A stretch of DNA of 64,000 nucleotides, taken from assembly GCA_050331735.1 (NCBI GenBank), contig JBHJGN010000023.1, positions 128,001-192,000 of the forward strand, read 5' to 3'. Below the pieces are notes generated by a model. It worked only from the letters and a program-made list of their open reading frames with translations, was not told where the DNA came from and ran no database searches. This document shows, one piece after another, positions 10,877 through 20,894 of this stretch. The translations under genes were made by a program, and so were the position numbers. Position 1 is the first letter of the stretch. Each line of letters starts with the position of its first letter. Origin of the DNA: Cyanophyceae cyanobacterium. Lineage in GTDB: Bacteria; Cyanobacteriota; Cyanobacteriia; Cyanobacteriales; JBHJGN01.

Positions 10877-11959
10877 ATGGTTGAAACACCCACCAGAGAA
10901 GCCCCCCTTACTGAATCGCCAGCGTGGTCCGCTCTGCTCCAGCAGCTCCTTGACCGGGAATCGCTCGCGGTTTCTCAAGCCGCCGATTTGATGCAGGGAT
11001 GGCTCTCTGACGCGATTCCTCCGGTCATTTCTGGGGCCATCCTAGCCGCGATTCAGTGCAAAGGAGTCACCGCTGAAGAACTGTTGGGCATGGTTCAGGT
11101 TCTCCATGCTCAATCGGTGAGACCCGCCGTGGCCCACACCGATACTCCTATTATCGATACCTGCGGTACGGGAGGTGATGGAGCCTCAACGTTTAATATT
11201 TCGACAGCGGTTGCTTTTGTGGCGGCGGCGGCAGGAATTAAGGTTGCCAAACACGGCAATCGTTCCGCGTCGAGTAAAACAGGCTCGGCAGACGTGCTCG
11301 AAGCGTTGGGGGTCAATCTCCAGGCCAGTCCTCACCAGGTGCAGGCAGCAGTTGATGCTGTCGGAATTACGTTTCTATTTGCTCCCGGCTGGCATCCGGC
11401 CCTCAAGTCTGTTGCTCCTTTGCGGAAAACCCTCAAAATTCGCACCATTTTTAACCTGCTCGGTCCCTTGGCCAATCCCCTCCAGCCGACAGGTCAGGTT
11501 CTGGGAATTAGCGACCCGACTCTAGTGGAAACGTTTGCTCAGGTGCTGCGGCAAATGGGCACTCGCCGTGCCGTTGTCGCTCACGGACGGGAGAAGCTAG
11601 ATGAGGCCGGACTAGCGGATGTCACCGATTTGGCGGTGGTGACCGAGCAGCAAATCCAAACCGTTGAGCTTCATCCCGAACAGGTTGGTCTGAGCGTTGC
11701 TCCCACCGCTGCCATTCGCGGCGGCAACGTTCAGGAAAACGCCGAGATCCTCAAAGCCGTACTTCAGGGTCGAGGCACTCAGGCTCAGCAGGATGTGGTC
11801 GCTCTCAATGCCGCCCTCGCCTTGTTCGTCGGCGAAGCGATCGCTAAACCGAGCCTCCCAGAGACATTTACCACAGGAGTGGCTCAGGCCAAGGATGTGC
11901 TTCGCAGTGGCGAAGCCTGGCACAAGCTAGAAGAACTCGCTCAATTTCTGCGGAATTAA
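10877..11959 (+). CDS. trpD: Anthranilate phosphoribosyltransferase
   Basis: [39 protein letters not shown]. Confidence 0.96.
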   Translation: MVETPTREAPLTESPAWSALLQQLLDRESLAVSQAADLMQGWLSDAIPPVISGAILAAIQCKGVTAEELLGMVQVLHAQSVRPAVAHTDTPIIDTCGTGGDGASTFNISTAVAFVAAAAGIKVAKHGNRSASSKTGSADVLEALGVNLQASPHQVQAAVDAVGITFLFAPGWHPALKSVAPLRKTLKIRTIFNLLGPLANPLQPTGQVLGISDPTLVETFAQVLRQMGTRRAVVAHGREKLDEAGLADVTDLAVVTEQQIQTVELHPEQVGLSVAPTAAIRGGNVQENAEILKAVLQGRGTQAQQDVVALNAALALFVGEAIAKPSLPETFTTGVAQAKDVLRSGEAWHKLEELAQFLRN

Positions 11960-12009
11960 ACCTAATTCACGGAAATGATGACCAATATTTAAGCAAAAGG
12001 ATAGTAACA

Positions 12010-13071
12010 ATGATTGTTGTCACTAAAAGTGGAACACCAGAAGAGGAAATCAATCGCATTTGTCAAGAATTAAGCACAACCTGGCAGGTTACTCCTGAAA
12101 AGAGTGCCGGACGACATAAAGTGGTCATTGGCATGATTGGCGATACGGCTAATCTAGACCCCCTGCAAATCCAGGAGGTGAGTCCCTGGATTGAGCAAGT
12201 CCTCCGCGTCGAAAAACCGTTTAAGCGAGTCAGTCGCGAATACCGTCACGGAGAAGCTAGTGATGTGGTTGTTGACACACCTAACGGTCCTGTACATTTC
12301 AGCGAGCAGGCTCCCCTGGCGATCGTGGCGGGGCCTTGCTCTGTGGAAAACGAAGCGATGATTATCGAAGTCGCCCAGCGCGTCAAAGCCGCTGGAGCTA
12401 AATTTTTAAGGGGCGGAGCCTACAAGCCCCGGACTTCTCCCTATTCCTTCCAGGGCCACGGCGAAAGCGCGTTAGGACTGCTGGCGGCAGCGAGAGCCGC
12501 TACCGGATTAGGCATTATTACGGAAGTCATGGATACTGCCGATATTGACATCGTTGCCGAGGTGGCCGATGTCCTCCAGGTCGGAGCGCGCAACATGCAG
12601 AACTTCGCCCTGCTTAAAAAAGTCGGAGCCCAGGACAAGCCCGTATTGCTCAAGCGCGGCATGGCCGCAACCATCGATGATTGGCTGATGGCGGCAGAAT
12701 ACATTCTCGCTTCCGGCAACCCCAATGTCATTCTCTGTGAACGAGGCATTCGCACGTTCGATCAGCGCTACACGCGGAACACGTTAGATCTGTCGGTCGT
12801 TCCCGTTCTGCGCAGCCTGACCCATCTGCCGATCATGATCGATCCCAGTCACGGAACCGGGAAGTCAGAGTTTGTCCCAGCAATGGCGAAAGCGGCGATT
12901 GTTGCCGGCACTGATTCACTGATGATTGAGGTTCACCCCAATCCAGCCAAAGCGCTCTCCGACGGTCCTCAATCTCTCAATCCCGAGCAGTTCGACCGTC
13001 TGGCGCGAGAGTTAGTCACCCTGGCTCAATCGATGGACCGCTGGGAGCAACCCTCTCCAGCGCTGGTCTAA
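12010..13071 (+). CDS. aroG: DAHP synthase (type I-beta, N-terminal regulatory domain)
   Basis: [35 protein letters not shown]. Confidence 0.93.
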   Translation: MIVVTKSGTPEEEINRICQELSTTWQVTPEKSAGRHKVVIGMIGDTANLDPLQIQEVSPWIEQVLRVEKPFKRVSREYRHGEASDVVVDTPNGPVHFSEQAPLAIVAGPCSVENEAMIIEVAQRVKAAGAKFLRGGAYKPRTSPYSFQGHGESALGLLAAARAATGLGIITEVMDTADIDIVAEVADVLQVGARNMQNFALLKKVGAQDKPVLLKRGMAATIDDWLMAAEYILASGNPNVILCERGIRTFDQRYTRNTLDLSVVPVLRSLTHLPIMIDPSHGTGKSEFVPAMAKAAIVAGTDSLMIEVHPNPAKALSDGPQSLNPEQFDRLARELVTLAQSMDRWEQPSPALV

Positions 13072-13075
13072 GATA

Positions 13076-13338
13076 GTCCCTGGCGGGACGGGGAAAGGGA
13101 AATTGTCCCTGGCGGGACGGGGAAGGGGGAAAGGGGAAATTGTCCCTGGCGGGACGGGGAAAGGGGAAAGAGGAGGTCGCTCCGCGACTGGAGAAGAATA
13201 CAGAACTAAGGAAGAGGCTGACTAACCCCCCTTTCCCCTTACCCTTTCCCCGTCGCGGAGCGACTTCCCCTATCAGGAAGAGGCTGACTAACCCCCCTTT
13301 CCCCCTTACCCTTTCCCCGTCGCGGAGCGACTTCCCCC
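13076..13338. repeat. Modular mini-hairpin/GGGAAA repeat element, copy 1
   Basis: 3x GTCCCtggcGGGACgggga, GTCGCtccGCGAC, core AGAATACAGAACTAAGGAAGAGGCTGA, then a ~63-bp pyrimidine-rich unit duplicated. Confidence 0.85.
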
Positions 13339-13377
13339 ATACTGATCATTTGTCCTCCCGGCTTTACTTGAATAATT

Positions 13378-14454
13378 ATGTTGCCAGAGCTACAAAAAAT
13401 CGACCGAGAACTGATCGAGTTGTTGGGTCAAAGAATTGCCCTGCTGAAGGCATCACAAGCGTGCGATGCTGTTGACACCAGTCATCTATTGGCGCAGGCC
13501 GGGGTTCCCGAGTATGTCTGGCAACACCTCACTCTCGGATGTGCTGCCGCGAGCGTTGCTTCCCCGACTCCGGCGATCGCCCAACCTCAGCCACGACGGG
13601 TGACAATTATTGGCGGTCGCGGTCAAATGGGGCGTTTTTTTGCTCAGCAGCTTACGGCTGCTGGTCACTGTGTTCAGGCGATCGGACGCCATGACTGGCA
13701 ACGCGCCGATGAGCTGCTCAAAACGGCAGAGCTGGTGATTGTATGTGTCCCCATTGCTCAAACGCTGGCCGCGATCGAGCAGGCCGCTAAGTATCTCCAG
13801 CCCGATACAGTTTTAGTCGATCTCACCAGCATTAAGACAAGCATCGTTCAAGCTATGCTCGACCATCACTCAGGACCGGTTCTTGGCCTGCATCCAATGT
13901 TTGGTCCTGGAGTCCAATCGTTTCTCTCTCAAAACGTGGTCGTTTGTGTCGGTCGTCGGCAGGAGGCTGGTCAATGGTTCCTAGATTTAATCGCCAGTCG
14001 AGGGGGGAAGCTCATTTACTGCACTCCGCAAGAGCACGATCGCATCATGACGGTCGTTCAAGCGATTCGTCACTTTTGGGCCTTCAGCCTCGGGGTATTC
14101 CTAGCTGAGCAAGGCATCGACGTGCTGCGCTCTTTAGATTTTTCCAGTCCTCTCTATCGCCTCCAGCTCAACATCGTCAGCCGCCTGTTTGCCCAAGATG
14201 CTTCTTTGTCTTTAAAGATGATGCTGGCGACCGCTGAACGTCGTCACGCCATTCGGGACTTAGCCACCGTCTGTAGTCGGCTAGCGGAGATGATAGGGCA
14301 AGAAGACGAAGCGGGTCTCGGCTGTGAGTTTGAAGCCACTAGCCGTTTCTTTCACCAAGAAGCTAAGCGAGCTTTGTGCGAAAGTAATCACACTATTAAT
14401 AGTTTAAGCGTCCTGTTAGCAGCTAGCGAAACCAGCAGCGGGCAAGAATCATGA
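13378..14454 (+). CDS. tyrA: Chorismate mutase-like / prephenate dehydrogenase
   Basis: Short N-terminal IDRELIELLGQRI segment; IIGGRGQMG Rossmann motif, DLTSIK, HPMFGP, EHDRIM. Confidence 0.9.
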   Translation: MLPELQKIDRELIELLGQRIALLKASQACDAVDTSHLLAQAGVPEYVWQHLTLGCAAASVASPTPAIAQPQPRRVTIIGGRGQMGRFFAQQLTAAGHCVQAIGRHDWQRADELLKTAELVIVCVPIAQTLAAIEQAAKYLQPDTVLVDLTSIKTSIVQAMLDHHSGPVLGLHPMFGPGVQSFLSQNVVVCVGRRQEAGQWFLDLIASRGGKLIYCTPQEHDRIMTVVQAIRHFWAFSLGVFLAEQGIDVLRSLDFSSPLYRLQLNIVSRLFAQDASLSLKMMLATAERRHAIRDLATVCSRLAEMIGQEDEAGLGCEFEATSRFFHQEAKRALCESNHTINSLSVLLAASETSSGQES

Positions 14455-15050
14455 CAAAATTTATGCCTCGCCTTGCCACGCTTTATCTCTAGCAAATGTC
14501 CTCGGTGATCGCCGCTATTAGTTCATTTTGAAAACCAACAGCGTAGCAGAAACGAGCAGGCTTTGCGCTCGACTGCCAATTCTTTTCTATTTGATGACAC
14601 CTAGGGACTCAAATCGCTCCAATCGCTGTCCCTCATCTTGTTCGCGGACACCACGTCAAGATTGTAAATTTTGATGACAAAAACCAAAATTCGTGGCTAC
14701 GTTGTTTGAGTGTTAAATAACAGTCTTTCAAGCTCCTCTTCACGCACTCTGTCCAATTTGAGTGGTAGACCGAGAGACGCTGCTCAAAGCCAGACAATTA
14801 CCTCGTAAAACCCGCATATTATAGCAAACGGACTGAATTTAGGAGGTAGTACATCCGAATCTTACTTTTTTCCTGCCTAAAAAACTTTGTTTTTAGATTA
14901 AACTGATACTCTACTGAAAAAACCTGGGTAGCCTAACACTAGCATCGGAGTCATTCTCCGTGAGCTTATGCTCACAGTTCTTGATATCTACAATAATTTT
15001 AAAATTTTTTTTATCTTTACTATCAAAAATTAGGCCGCTCATGAAAACAA

Positions 15051-15440
15051 ATGGAAGAAATAGTCTCAAATTCTAGCTGCTTTCTCACGTCAATGTCCAA
15101 ATCAGTGAAGCTTAATCCTAGCTATCGGGTGGATAAACTTGTTGCGGCAGGTTCTAACTGGCAAGCAGTTTATGTGATCAACGAACAATACTATATTGAG
15201 GACATTGTCGCTTATGCCATGATTAAAAATGGTCCTCACTATGAGTTTGTCCCAATTACGCTTCCAGAAATCCATCTGTCTCAGACACTACAAGATTATA
15301 CTCTTAAAGATGGTTTTGTCGGCTTAATTAATCCGGAAAATGAATTGATTGTTAACGACTATCTAGTAGAAGATATTCAACAGCTAGACATTGCCAAAAT
15401 CAAAGAAAGCCTGAAGAAGAATAGAATTAAGCTGGATTGA
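15051..15440 (+). CDS. Hypothetical protein
   Basis: 129-aa ORF in AT-rich DNA followed by a hairpin; no recognised motif; start may be the internal MSKSVK. Confidence 0.6.
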   Translation: MEEIVSNSSCFLTSMSKSVKLNPSYRVDKLVAAGSNWQAVYVINEQYYIEDIVAYAMIKNGPHYEFVPITLPEIHLSQTLQDYTLKDGFVGLINPENELIVNDYLVEDIQQLDIAKIKESLKKNRIKLD

Positions 15441-15478
15441 CGTCTTTAGAGTTTTAGCGTTGGCAAGAGTAATTTTGA

Positions 15479-15519
15479 TATCTAGGAGCATGTCTTTGGC
15501 TCATCGATGCTCCTAGATA
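15479..15519. terminator. Hairpin between convergent genes
   Basis: TATCTAGGAGCAT / ATGCTCCTAGATA 13-bp perfect inverted repeat. Confidence 0.7.
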
Positions 15520-15542
15520 GGTGTGTCTGCGACTAACCGACA

Positions 15543-16316
15543 TCAAGCTTGCCTTCTCCAAGCCTGAGGAGAAAAACCATTGTATTGACGAAACTGGCGA
15601 AAGAAGTGACACACGTTAGCATATCCCACTGTTATGGCAATTTGCTCTACCGATTGCTCGGTTTCCTTCAGCAATAAACGTGCTGCTTCCATCCGGCGCT
15701 CAATGATCCATCGATTGACCGTTTGCCCAGTTTCCCGTTTAACTCGGTTTGTTAAATAAGCCGGTGAATAGCCCACCGCTTGAGCCACGTCTGAAAGCGT
15801 AATTCCTTTGTCGTAATTAGCCTCGATAAATTGGAAAACTTGTTTGAGTTCTGTAACGTAAGGGAAAAAAGATTGGGGAGGAGCGGCTGGTTGGCGGGTC
15901 GACTTAGGCTCTTGCTGATACTCGGCTGCGTAGCACTTCTGTAGCAGAGCCTGCTTGTCTAGTCTAGCGTTAACGGCTCTGATTAGTTCCTCTGCCGTTG
16001 AAGGCTTAGTCAGATAATCATCTGCTCCCAGTTCCATTCCCTGACGCTGTTCGGCTTTGGTTGTTTTAGCAGTCAGAAAAATCAGCGGAATCATTGCCGT
16101 TGCTGGGTTTTGCCGTAGTCGAGCCAGCACTTCGTAGCCATCCAATTTGGGCATGATGATATCACAAATGACCAGGTCGGGCCGGTGTTGCTGTGCCTGT
16201 TGCAAACCGAATAGACCATTGTCGGCTTCAAGAGTTTGGTATCCTTCAAACTCAAGACATTCTCGAAACAGATTGCGGGTCTGGGCTTCGTCTTCTACTA
16301 CTAATATTTTAGTCAT
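15543..16316 (-). CDS. REC + AraC-HTH response regulator (likely scytonemin regulator, NpF1278-like)
   Basis: ILVVEDE, CDIIMPKLDG, LTAK, YLTKP; C-terminal ITLSDVAQAVGYSPAYL...VGYANVCHFFRQFR. Confidence 0.88.
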   Translation of the reverse strand: MTKILVVEDEAQTRNLFRECLEFEGYQTLEADNGLFGLQQAQQHRPDLVICDIIMPKLDGYEVLARLRQNPATAMIPLIFLTAKTTKAEQRQGMELGADDYLTKPSTAEELIRAVNARLDKQALLQKCYAAEYQQEPKSTRQPAAPPQSFFPYVTELKQVFQFIEANYDKGITLSDVAQAVGYSPAYLTNRVKRETGQTVNRWIIERRMEAARLLLKETEQSVEQIAITVGYANVCHFFRQFRQYNGFSPQAWRRQA

Positions 16317-17033
16317 GAGTTTTTCGGTGGATTGAGTCAGCGCGATCGCCTGGTGTAGTATACTCTACAGCTTAGCTGGGCTTAGTTGCTCTTGGAGCAG
16401 GGTCGAACCCATAGGGTAATGTAATTAGCGCTGCTGTCTGATGAGGCTATCACTCGTAAGGACTACTAGGGGAACAGGGTTGATCTTAGAGCCTAAACGT
16501 AAAGTAAATTTTAAGAAAGTGCAGATTTTGATGAGCCTGTCGTTAAGAGTAGCCCTGAATTTCCTTTAGCTCCTGTGAAGCCGATAGCCAACTCGTGCAG
16601 CATTTGTAAACTTTGGTGACAAGTATCTGTTACTTTTCTTATCTGAAATTACCGCTGATGCTCTCGAAAACTATCTATCTAGGGGTAGACTCATTTCGCT
16701 AGCTTTTGGGATAGATATTGACGCGCCAGGGCTGTTTATCAGGAAATGCTCACAGCGTTCTTCGCTCTGGCTGCTACAGGTCTAGATTACCTCCGCCGCT
16801 TTCTGATAACAACTTTGCAAATCTTTACAAAACTCAGCATAAATGGTAAGTTATGTCTTTAGTTAGCGTAGCCGATTAGTGCATTGACGTGATGCTTATG
16901 CCTGAAACTTTCTGTCCCGTGCGATTAAGGCGGCTTTTTAACCGATGGATTTTGAGCTAGCTCGATTCACTTCGGTCATCAAAACGAAATTATTCGATAG
17001 CGTATCGACAGTCAACTATAAATCTATAAAGTT

Positions 17034-17075
17034 TATAGTTAAAACTAGCAATTATATAGTTAAAACTAGCAATTA
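17034..17075. repeat. Perfect 21-bp tandem direct repeat
   Basis: TATAGTTAAAACTAGCAATTA x2. Confidence 0.9.
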
Positions 17076-17238
17076 TTTAGATGCCATTTACGGAAGTAGC
17101 AAGTAGCAACGTCTTAAAAGTTAGGGCACACAATTTGGTTGAAATAGGATTGCTCAGTAAATGCTACAAACCAACGAGAGTGAAGTTTGAGCGCAGAATC
17201 GCTCTTGAGGTGACCAATTAATCTAGCTAGGTTATCTA

Positions 17239-18843
17239 ATGAACAGTAATACTAAGCCGACATCTAATAATTTGCTCTTTGCCGACTCTCTGATTAATTC
17301 AGTCAGTGACGCTTCTTTCTGTGTAGCATCCGATGCTCGTTTGGTTTACGTCAATGATGCCGTCTGCCGTCTGCTTGAGTACCCGCGCGAGGAGCTTCTG
17401 GCTCTCTCTCTAGAACACGTAGATCGAGACTTTCAGTTTCAAACTTGGCGACAGCGATGGCAGCTATTGCAGCAGCAGGGACAAATTACTGTTCGGTCTT
17501 GCTACAGAACCAAGTCTGGCCAAATCGTCCCTTTGGAAATCACGCTGACCTGCATCTTAGAGCAAGGCCAGATGATGGCCTGTGCTCTAGTTCATAGAAG
17601 GGTTGAACCAATTCTCAATGGAGCTGGTGACGACATGATCCAGCGGCTTAACTTGGAGATTTCTCAGCTCGAAGTAGCAAAAACAGAACTATCGACAACT
17701 TTATCAATCCTGCGCGGGACTCTAGATTCCGCCGCGTACGGCATCGTCTCGGTTAGCTACGAAGGGGAGGTGCTGAGCTACAACCGCAAGTTTGTCGAGA
17801 TGTGGGGAATTGGTGAAGACCTCGAGTTATCTAAAGAATCAGCAGAGTGCCAGCGCTTCTTCGCTGAGCGACTTCGCAATCCGGAGGTTTTTCGGCATTC
17901 GGTTTGGGAAGTCTCTAGAGAATCGGATGCCGAAAGCTACGATATTTTACAGCTCAAAGATGGCAGAGTGTTTGCTCAGTATTCTAAACCGCAGCGGCTT
18001 GCAGACCAAATTATCGGGCGAGTGTGGAGTATTTGGGATATTACGCAGTTCAAAGAGCGCACTGAAGCAGAACTCCAGCAGACCAAGCAAGATATCGATG
18101 CTCAAAAAGCTATCGACGAAGCCAAACAGCTTGGTGAGCTGCGATCGCGTTTTCTGTCGATGCTGTGCCATCAGTTTCGCTCGTCTCTCAACATTATCTC
18201 CTTCTCCAACAGCCTACTGAAGCGCTACTTAGACAAGTGGGCTGGGGGCCAAAAAATTCCCTATCTCGACAATATTCAAATCGCCGTCAAGCAGATTAGC
18301 TCTCTTCTAGACGATTTAGTTTTCCTCGGCAAGTCAGAGGTCGGTCAGCTTAACTTTGAACCCAAACCAACGACTCTCAACGTGTTTTGCCGCGAACTGA
18401 CAACGCAGATGAAGCCCATGAGCGATGCTCGTCAGCAGAGCCTCAACTTTGTAGACCGCAGCCGCTGTCAGGAAGCATGGGTGGATACCGACTTACTCAA
18501 CCACATTTTCACCAACCTCCTCGCAAACGCCATTAAGTATTCTCCCGACGGCAGCACCATTAATTTTGAACTAGATTTTGAAGCAGAACAGGTGGTTTTT
18601 AGCGTTCAAGACCGCGGCATTGGCATTTCAGCAGAAGACCAGCAGCGCCTCTTTGAACCCTTTTACCGAGGCAGCAACGTAGACGATATTCCCGGAACCG
18701 GACTCGGACTCGCCATCGTCAGCAACTTAGTCCAGACCCACGGTGGCAAAATTGAGGTGGAAAGCGAAATCGGCGCCGGAACCACGTTCAAAGTTACGTT
18801 ACCAGCAGCCAATCAACCATCAACTACCAACCATCAGCCTTAG
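17239..18843 (+). CDS. PAS-PAS histidine kinase (likely scytonemin sensor, NpF1277-like)
   Basis: Two PAS-like segments; H-box MLCHQFRSSL; NLLANAIKY, DRGIGI, GTGLGL; no transmembrane segment seen. Confidence 0.88.
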   Translation: MNSNTKPTSNNLLFADSLINSVSDASFCVASDARLVYVNDAVCRLLEYPREELLALSLEHVDRDFQFQTWRQRWQLLQQQGQITVRSCYRTKSGQIVPLEITLTCILEQGQMMACALVHRRVEPILNGAGDDMIQRLNLEISQLEVAKTELSTTLSILRGTLDSAAYGIVSVSYEGEVLSYNRKFVEMWGIGEDLELSKESAECQRFFAERLRNPEVFRHSVWEVSRESDAESYDILQLKDGRVFAQYSKPQRLADQIIGRVWSIWDITQFKERTEAELQQTKQDIDAQKAIDEAKQLGELRSRFLSMLCHQFRSSLNIISFSNSLLKRYLDKWAGGQKIPYLDNIQIAVKQISSLLDDLVFLGKSEVGQLNFEPKPTTLNVFCRELTTQMKPMSDARQQSLNFVDRSRCQEAWVDTDLLNHIFTNLLANAIKYSPDGSTINFELDFEAEQVVFSVQDRGIGISAEDQQRLFEPFYRGSNVDDIPGTGLGLAIVSNLVQTHGGKIEVESEIGAGTTFKVTLPAANQPSTTNHQP

Positions 18844-18915
18844 CGACTGGTCACTGTTTCCCCGGTTCAGTCGTTAAAATAAAAACACGCGACCCTGGAT
18901 CTTTAATCTGCTCCC

Positions 18916-20874
18916 ATGACCGTTCCTTTTCCTGCCGCTCAACGTTCCGCCGGAGCTGCCTCTGGCGGCTGCGTTGAGCAAGCTCAAGAGTACTTCGATG
19001 TGATTGTTGTCGGTGCTGGACACTCCGGCTGTGAAGCGGCGTTAGCCAGCGCACGGCTTGGCTGCCGGACCCTGATGCTGACTCTTAATCTCGATAAAAT
19101 CGCTTGGCAACCCTGTAATCCAGCGGTTGGCGGTCCCGCTAAATCGCAGTTGACCCATGAAGTGGATGCGTTGGGAGGGGAAATTGGCAAAATGGCAGAC
19201 CGCACCTATCTTCAGAAGCGGCTGCTCAACTCTTCACGGGGTCCGGCAGTGTGGGCCTTGCGGGCGCAGACCGATAAGCGGGAATATGCCGCCGTGATGA
19301 AAGAGCTGGTGGAGAACCAGGAGAATTTAACCATCCGCGAAGGGATGGTAACCGATCTGGTGTTGGGCAAGAACGACGACATTCAGGGAGTTCAAACCTA
19401 CTTCGGCACCTGCTTTCGGACGAGAGCAGTCATTCTCACCACGGGAACGTTCCTCGGAGGACGGATCTGGATTGGCAGTAAGTCCATGAGTGCTGGACGG
19501 GCCGGAGAATTCGCCGCCGTGGGGCTGACAGATACGCTCAATCGCCTTGGCTTTGAAACCGGACGGCTCAAAACCGGAACTCCCGCCCGGGTCGATCGGC
19601 GGACGGTAGACTACAGCCGGATGGAACCTCAGCCCCCCGACCCAGAAGTGCGCTGGTTCAGTTTCGACCCCCAGGCCTGGGTAGAACGAGAGCAGATGAA
19701 CTGCTACCTAACGCGGACCACTGCCGAAACTCACCGACTGATTCAGGAGAACCTGCATCTGTCTCCTATCTATGGCGGCTGGATTGATTCTAAAGGACCG
19801 CGCTACTGCCCCAGCATTGAAGACAAAATCGTGCGCTTTGCCGACAAGGACAGCCACCAAATTTTCATTGAACCAGAAGGGCGGGAGATTCCTGAGCTAT
19901 ACATTCAGGGGTTCTCCACCGGTCTACCGGAGCAGCTTCAGCTCGCCATGCTGCACACCCTGCCGGGATTAGAGCACTGCCAGATGCTGCGCCCTGCCTA
20001 CGCAGTTGAGTATGACTATCTGCCCGCGACCCAGTGCTACCCGACCCTAATGACGAAGAAAATTGAGGGGCTATTCTGCGCTGGGCAAATTAACGGCACC
20101 ACCGGATATGAAGAAGCTGCGGCGCAGGGAATCGTGGCGGGAATTAATGCTGTGCGGCTGGTGCGGGGCGAAGAGCCGGTCGTGTTTCCCCGCGAGCACA
20201 GCTATCTTGGTACCCTAATCGACGACCTCTGCACAAAGGATTTGCGGGAACCTTACCGCATGCTCACCTCCCGCTCTGAATACCGTTTGGTGCTGCGTTC
20301 AGACAATGCCGATCAGCGCCTGACTCCCCTCGGGCGCGAAATTGGGCTGATCGACGATCGCCGCTGGGAACTTTTCCAGCGCAAGCAGGCCCACATCGCC
20401 GCAGAGAAGAAACGGCTGTCTGCTACCAGAGTTAAACAACAGGACGAAGTAGGGCAGCAAATCGCCGCCGCTACCGGACAAAAAATTAAAGGCTCCGTAA
20501 CGTTAGCAGATTTGTTACGCCGCCCCGGGTTTCACTACGACACCCTAGAACGCTACGGCCTCGGCGCAGACCTCGCTGCCTCAGAAAAAGCGGGAGCGGA
20601 AATCGATATTAAGTATTCTGGCTACATTAAACGTCAGCAGAATCAAATTGAACAGATCGCTCGCCATAGCCATCGCCCGCTTCCCGCCGATCTTGTATAT
20701 ATGAATATTGAAACTTTGTCAATGGAAGCAAGAGAAAAGTTAACGAAAGTGCGACCGTTAACGGTGGGTCAAGCGTCCCGCATTGGCGGGGTGAATCCGG
20801 CAGACGTGAACGCCCTGTTGATTTATCTGGAATCGCGCAGCCTGGCCGAGCGATCGCCTGTCGTGACTGGATAA
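18916..20874 (+). CDS. mnmG: tRNA uridine 5-carboxymethylaminomethyl modification enzyme MnmG/GidA
   Basis: [53 protein letters not shown]. Confidence 0.97.
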   Translation: MTVPFPAAQRSAGAASGGCVEQAQEYFDVIVVGAGHSGCEAALASARLGCRTLMLTLNLDKIAWQPCNPAVGGPAKSQLTHEVDALGGEIGKMADRTYLQKRLLNSSRGPAVWALRAQTDKREYAAVMKELVENQENLTIREGMVTDLVLGKNDDIQGVQTYFGTCFRTRAVILTTGTFLGGRIWIGSKSMSAGRAGEFAAVGLTDTLNRLGFETGRLKTGTPARVDRRTVDYSRMEPQPPDPEVRWFSFDPQAWVEREQMNCYLTRTTAETHRLIQENLHLSPIYGGWIDSKGPRYCPSIEDKIVRFADKDSHQIFIEPEGREIPELYIQGFSTGLPEQLQLAMLHTLPGLEHCQMLRPAYAVEYDYLPATQCYPTLMTKKIEGLFCAGQINGTTGYEEAAAQGIVAGINAVRLVRGEEPVVFPREHSYLGTLIDDLCTKDLREPYRMLTSRSEYRLVLRSDNADQRLTPLGREIGLIDDRRWELFQRKQAHIAAEKKRLSATRVKQQDEVGQQIAAATGQKIKGSVTLADLLRRPGFHYDTLERYGLGADLAASEKAGAEIDIKYSGYIKRQQNQIEQIARHSHRPLPADLVYMNIETLSMEAREKLTKVRPLTVGQASRIGGVNPADVNALLIYLESRSLAERSPVVTG

Positions 20875-20894
20875 GCGATCGCGCCCATTCTCTC

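Noticed and set aside
13076..13338. CRISPR array
   Set aside because: The spacers are not unique or of constant length, and no cas genes are present.
13140..13475. 111-aa ORF with an internal duplication
   Set aside because: It is a translation of the repeat element and overlaps tyrA.
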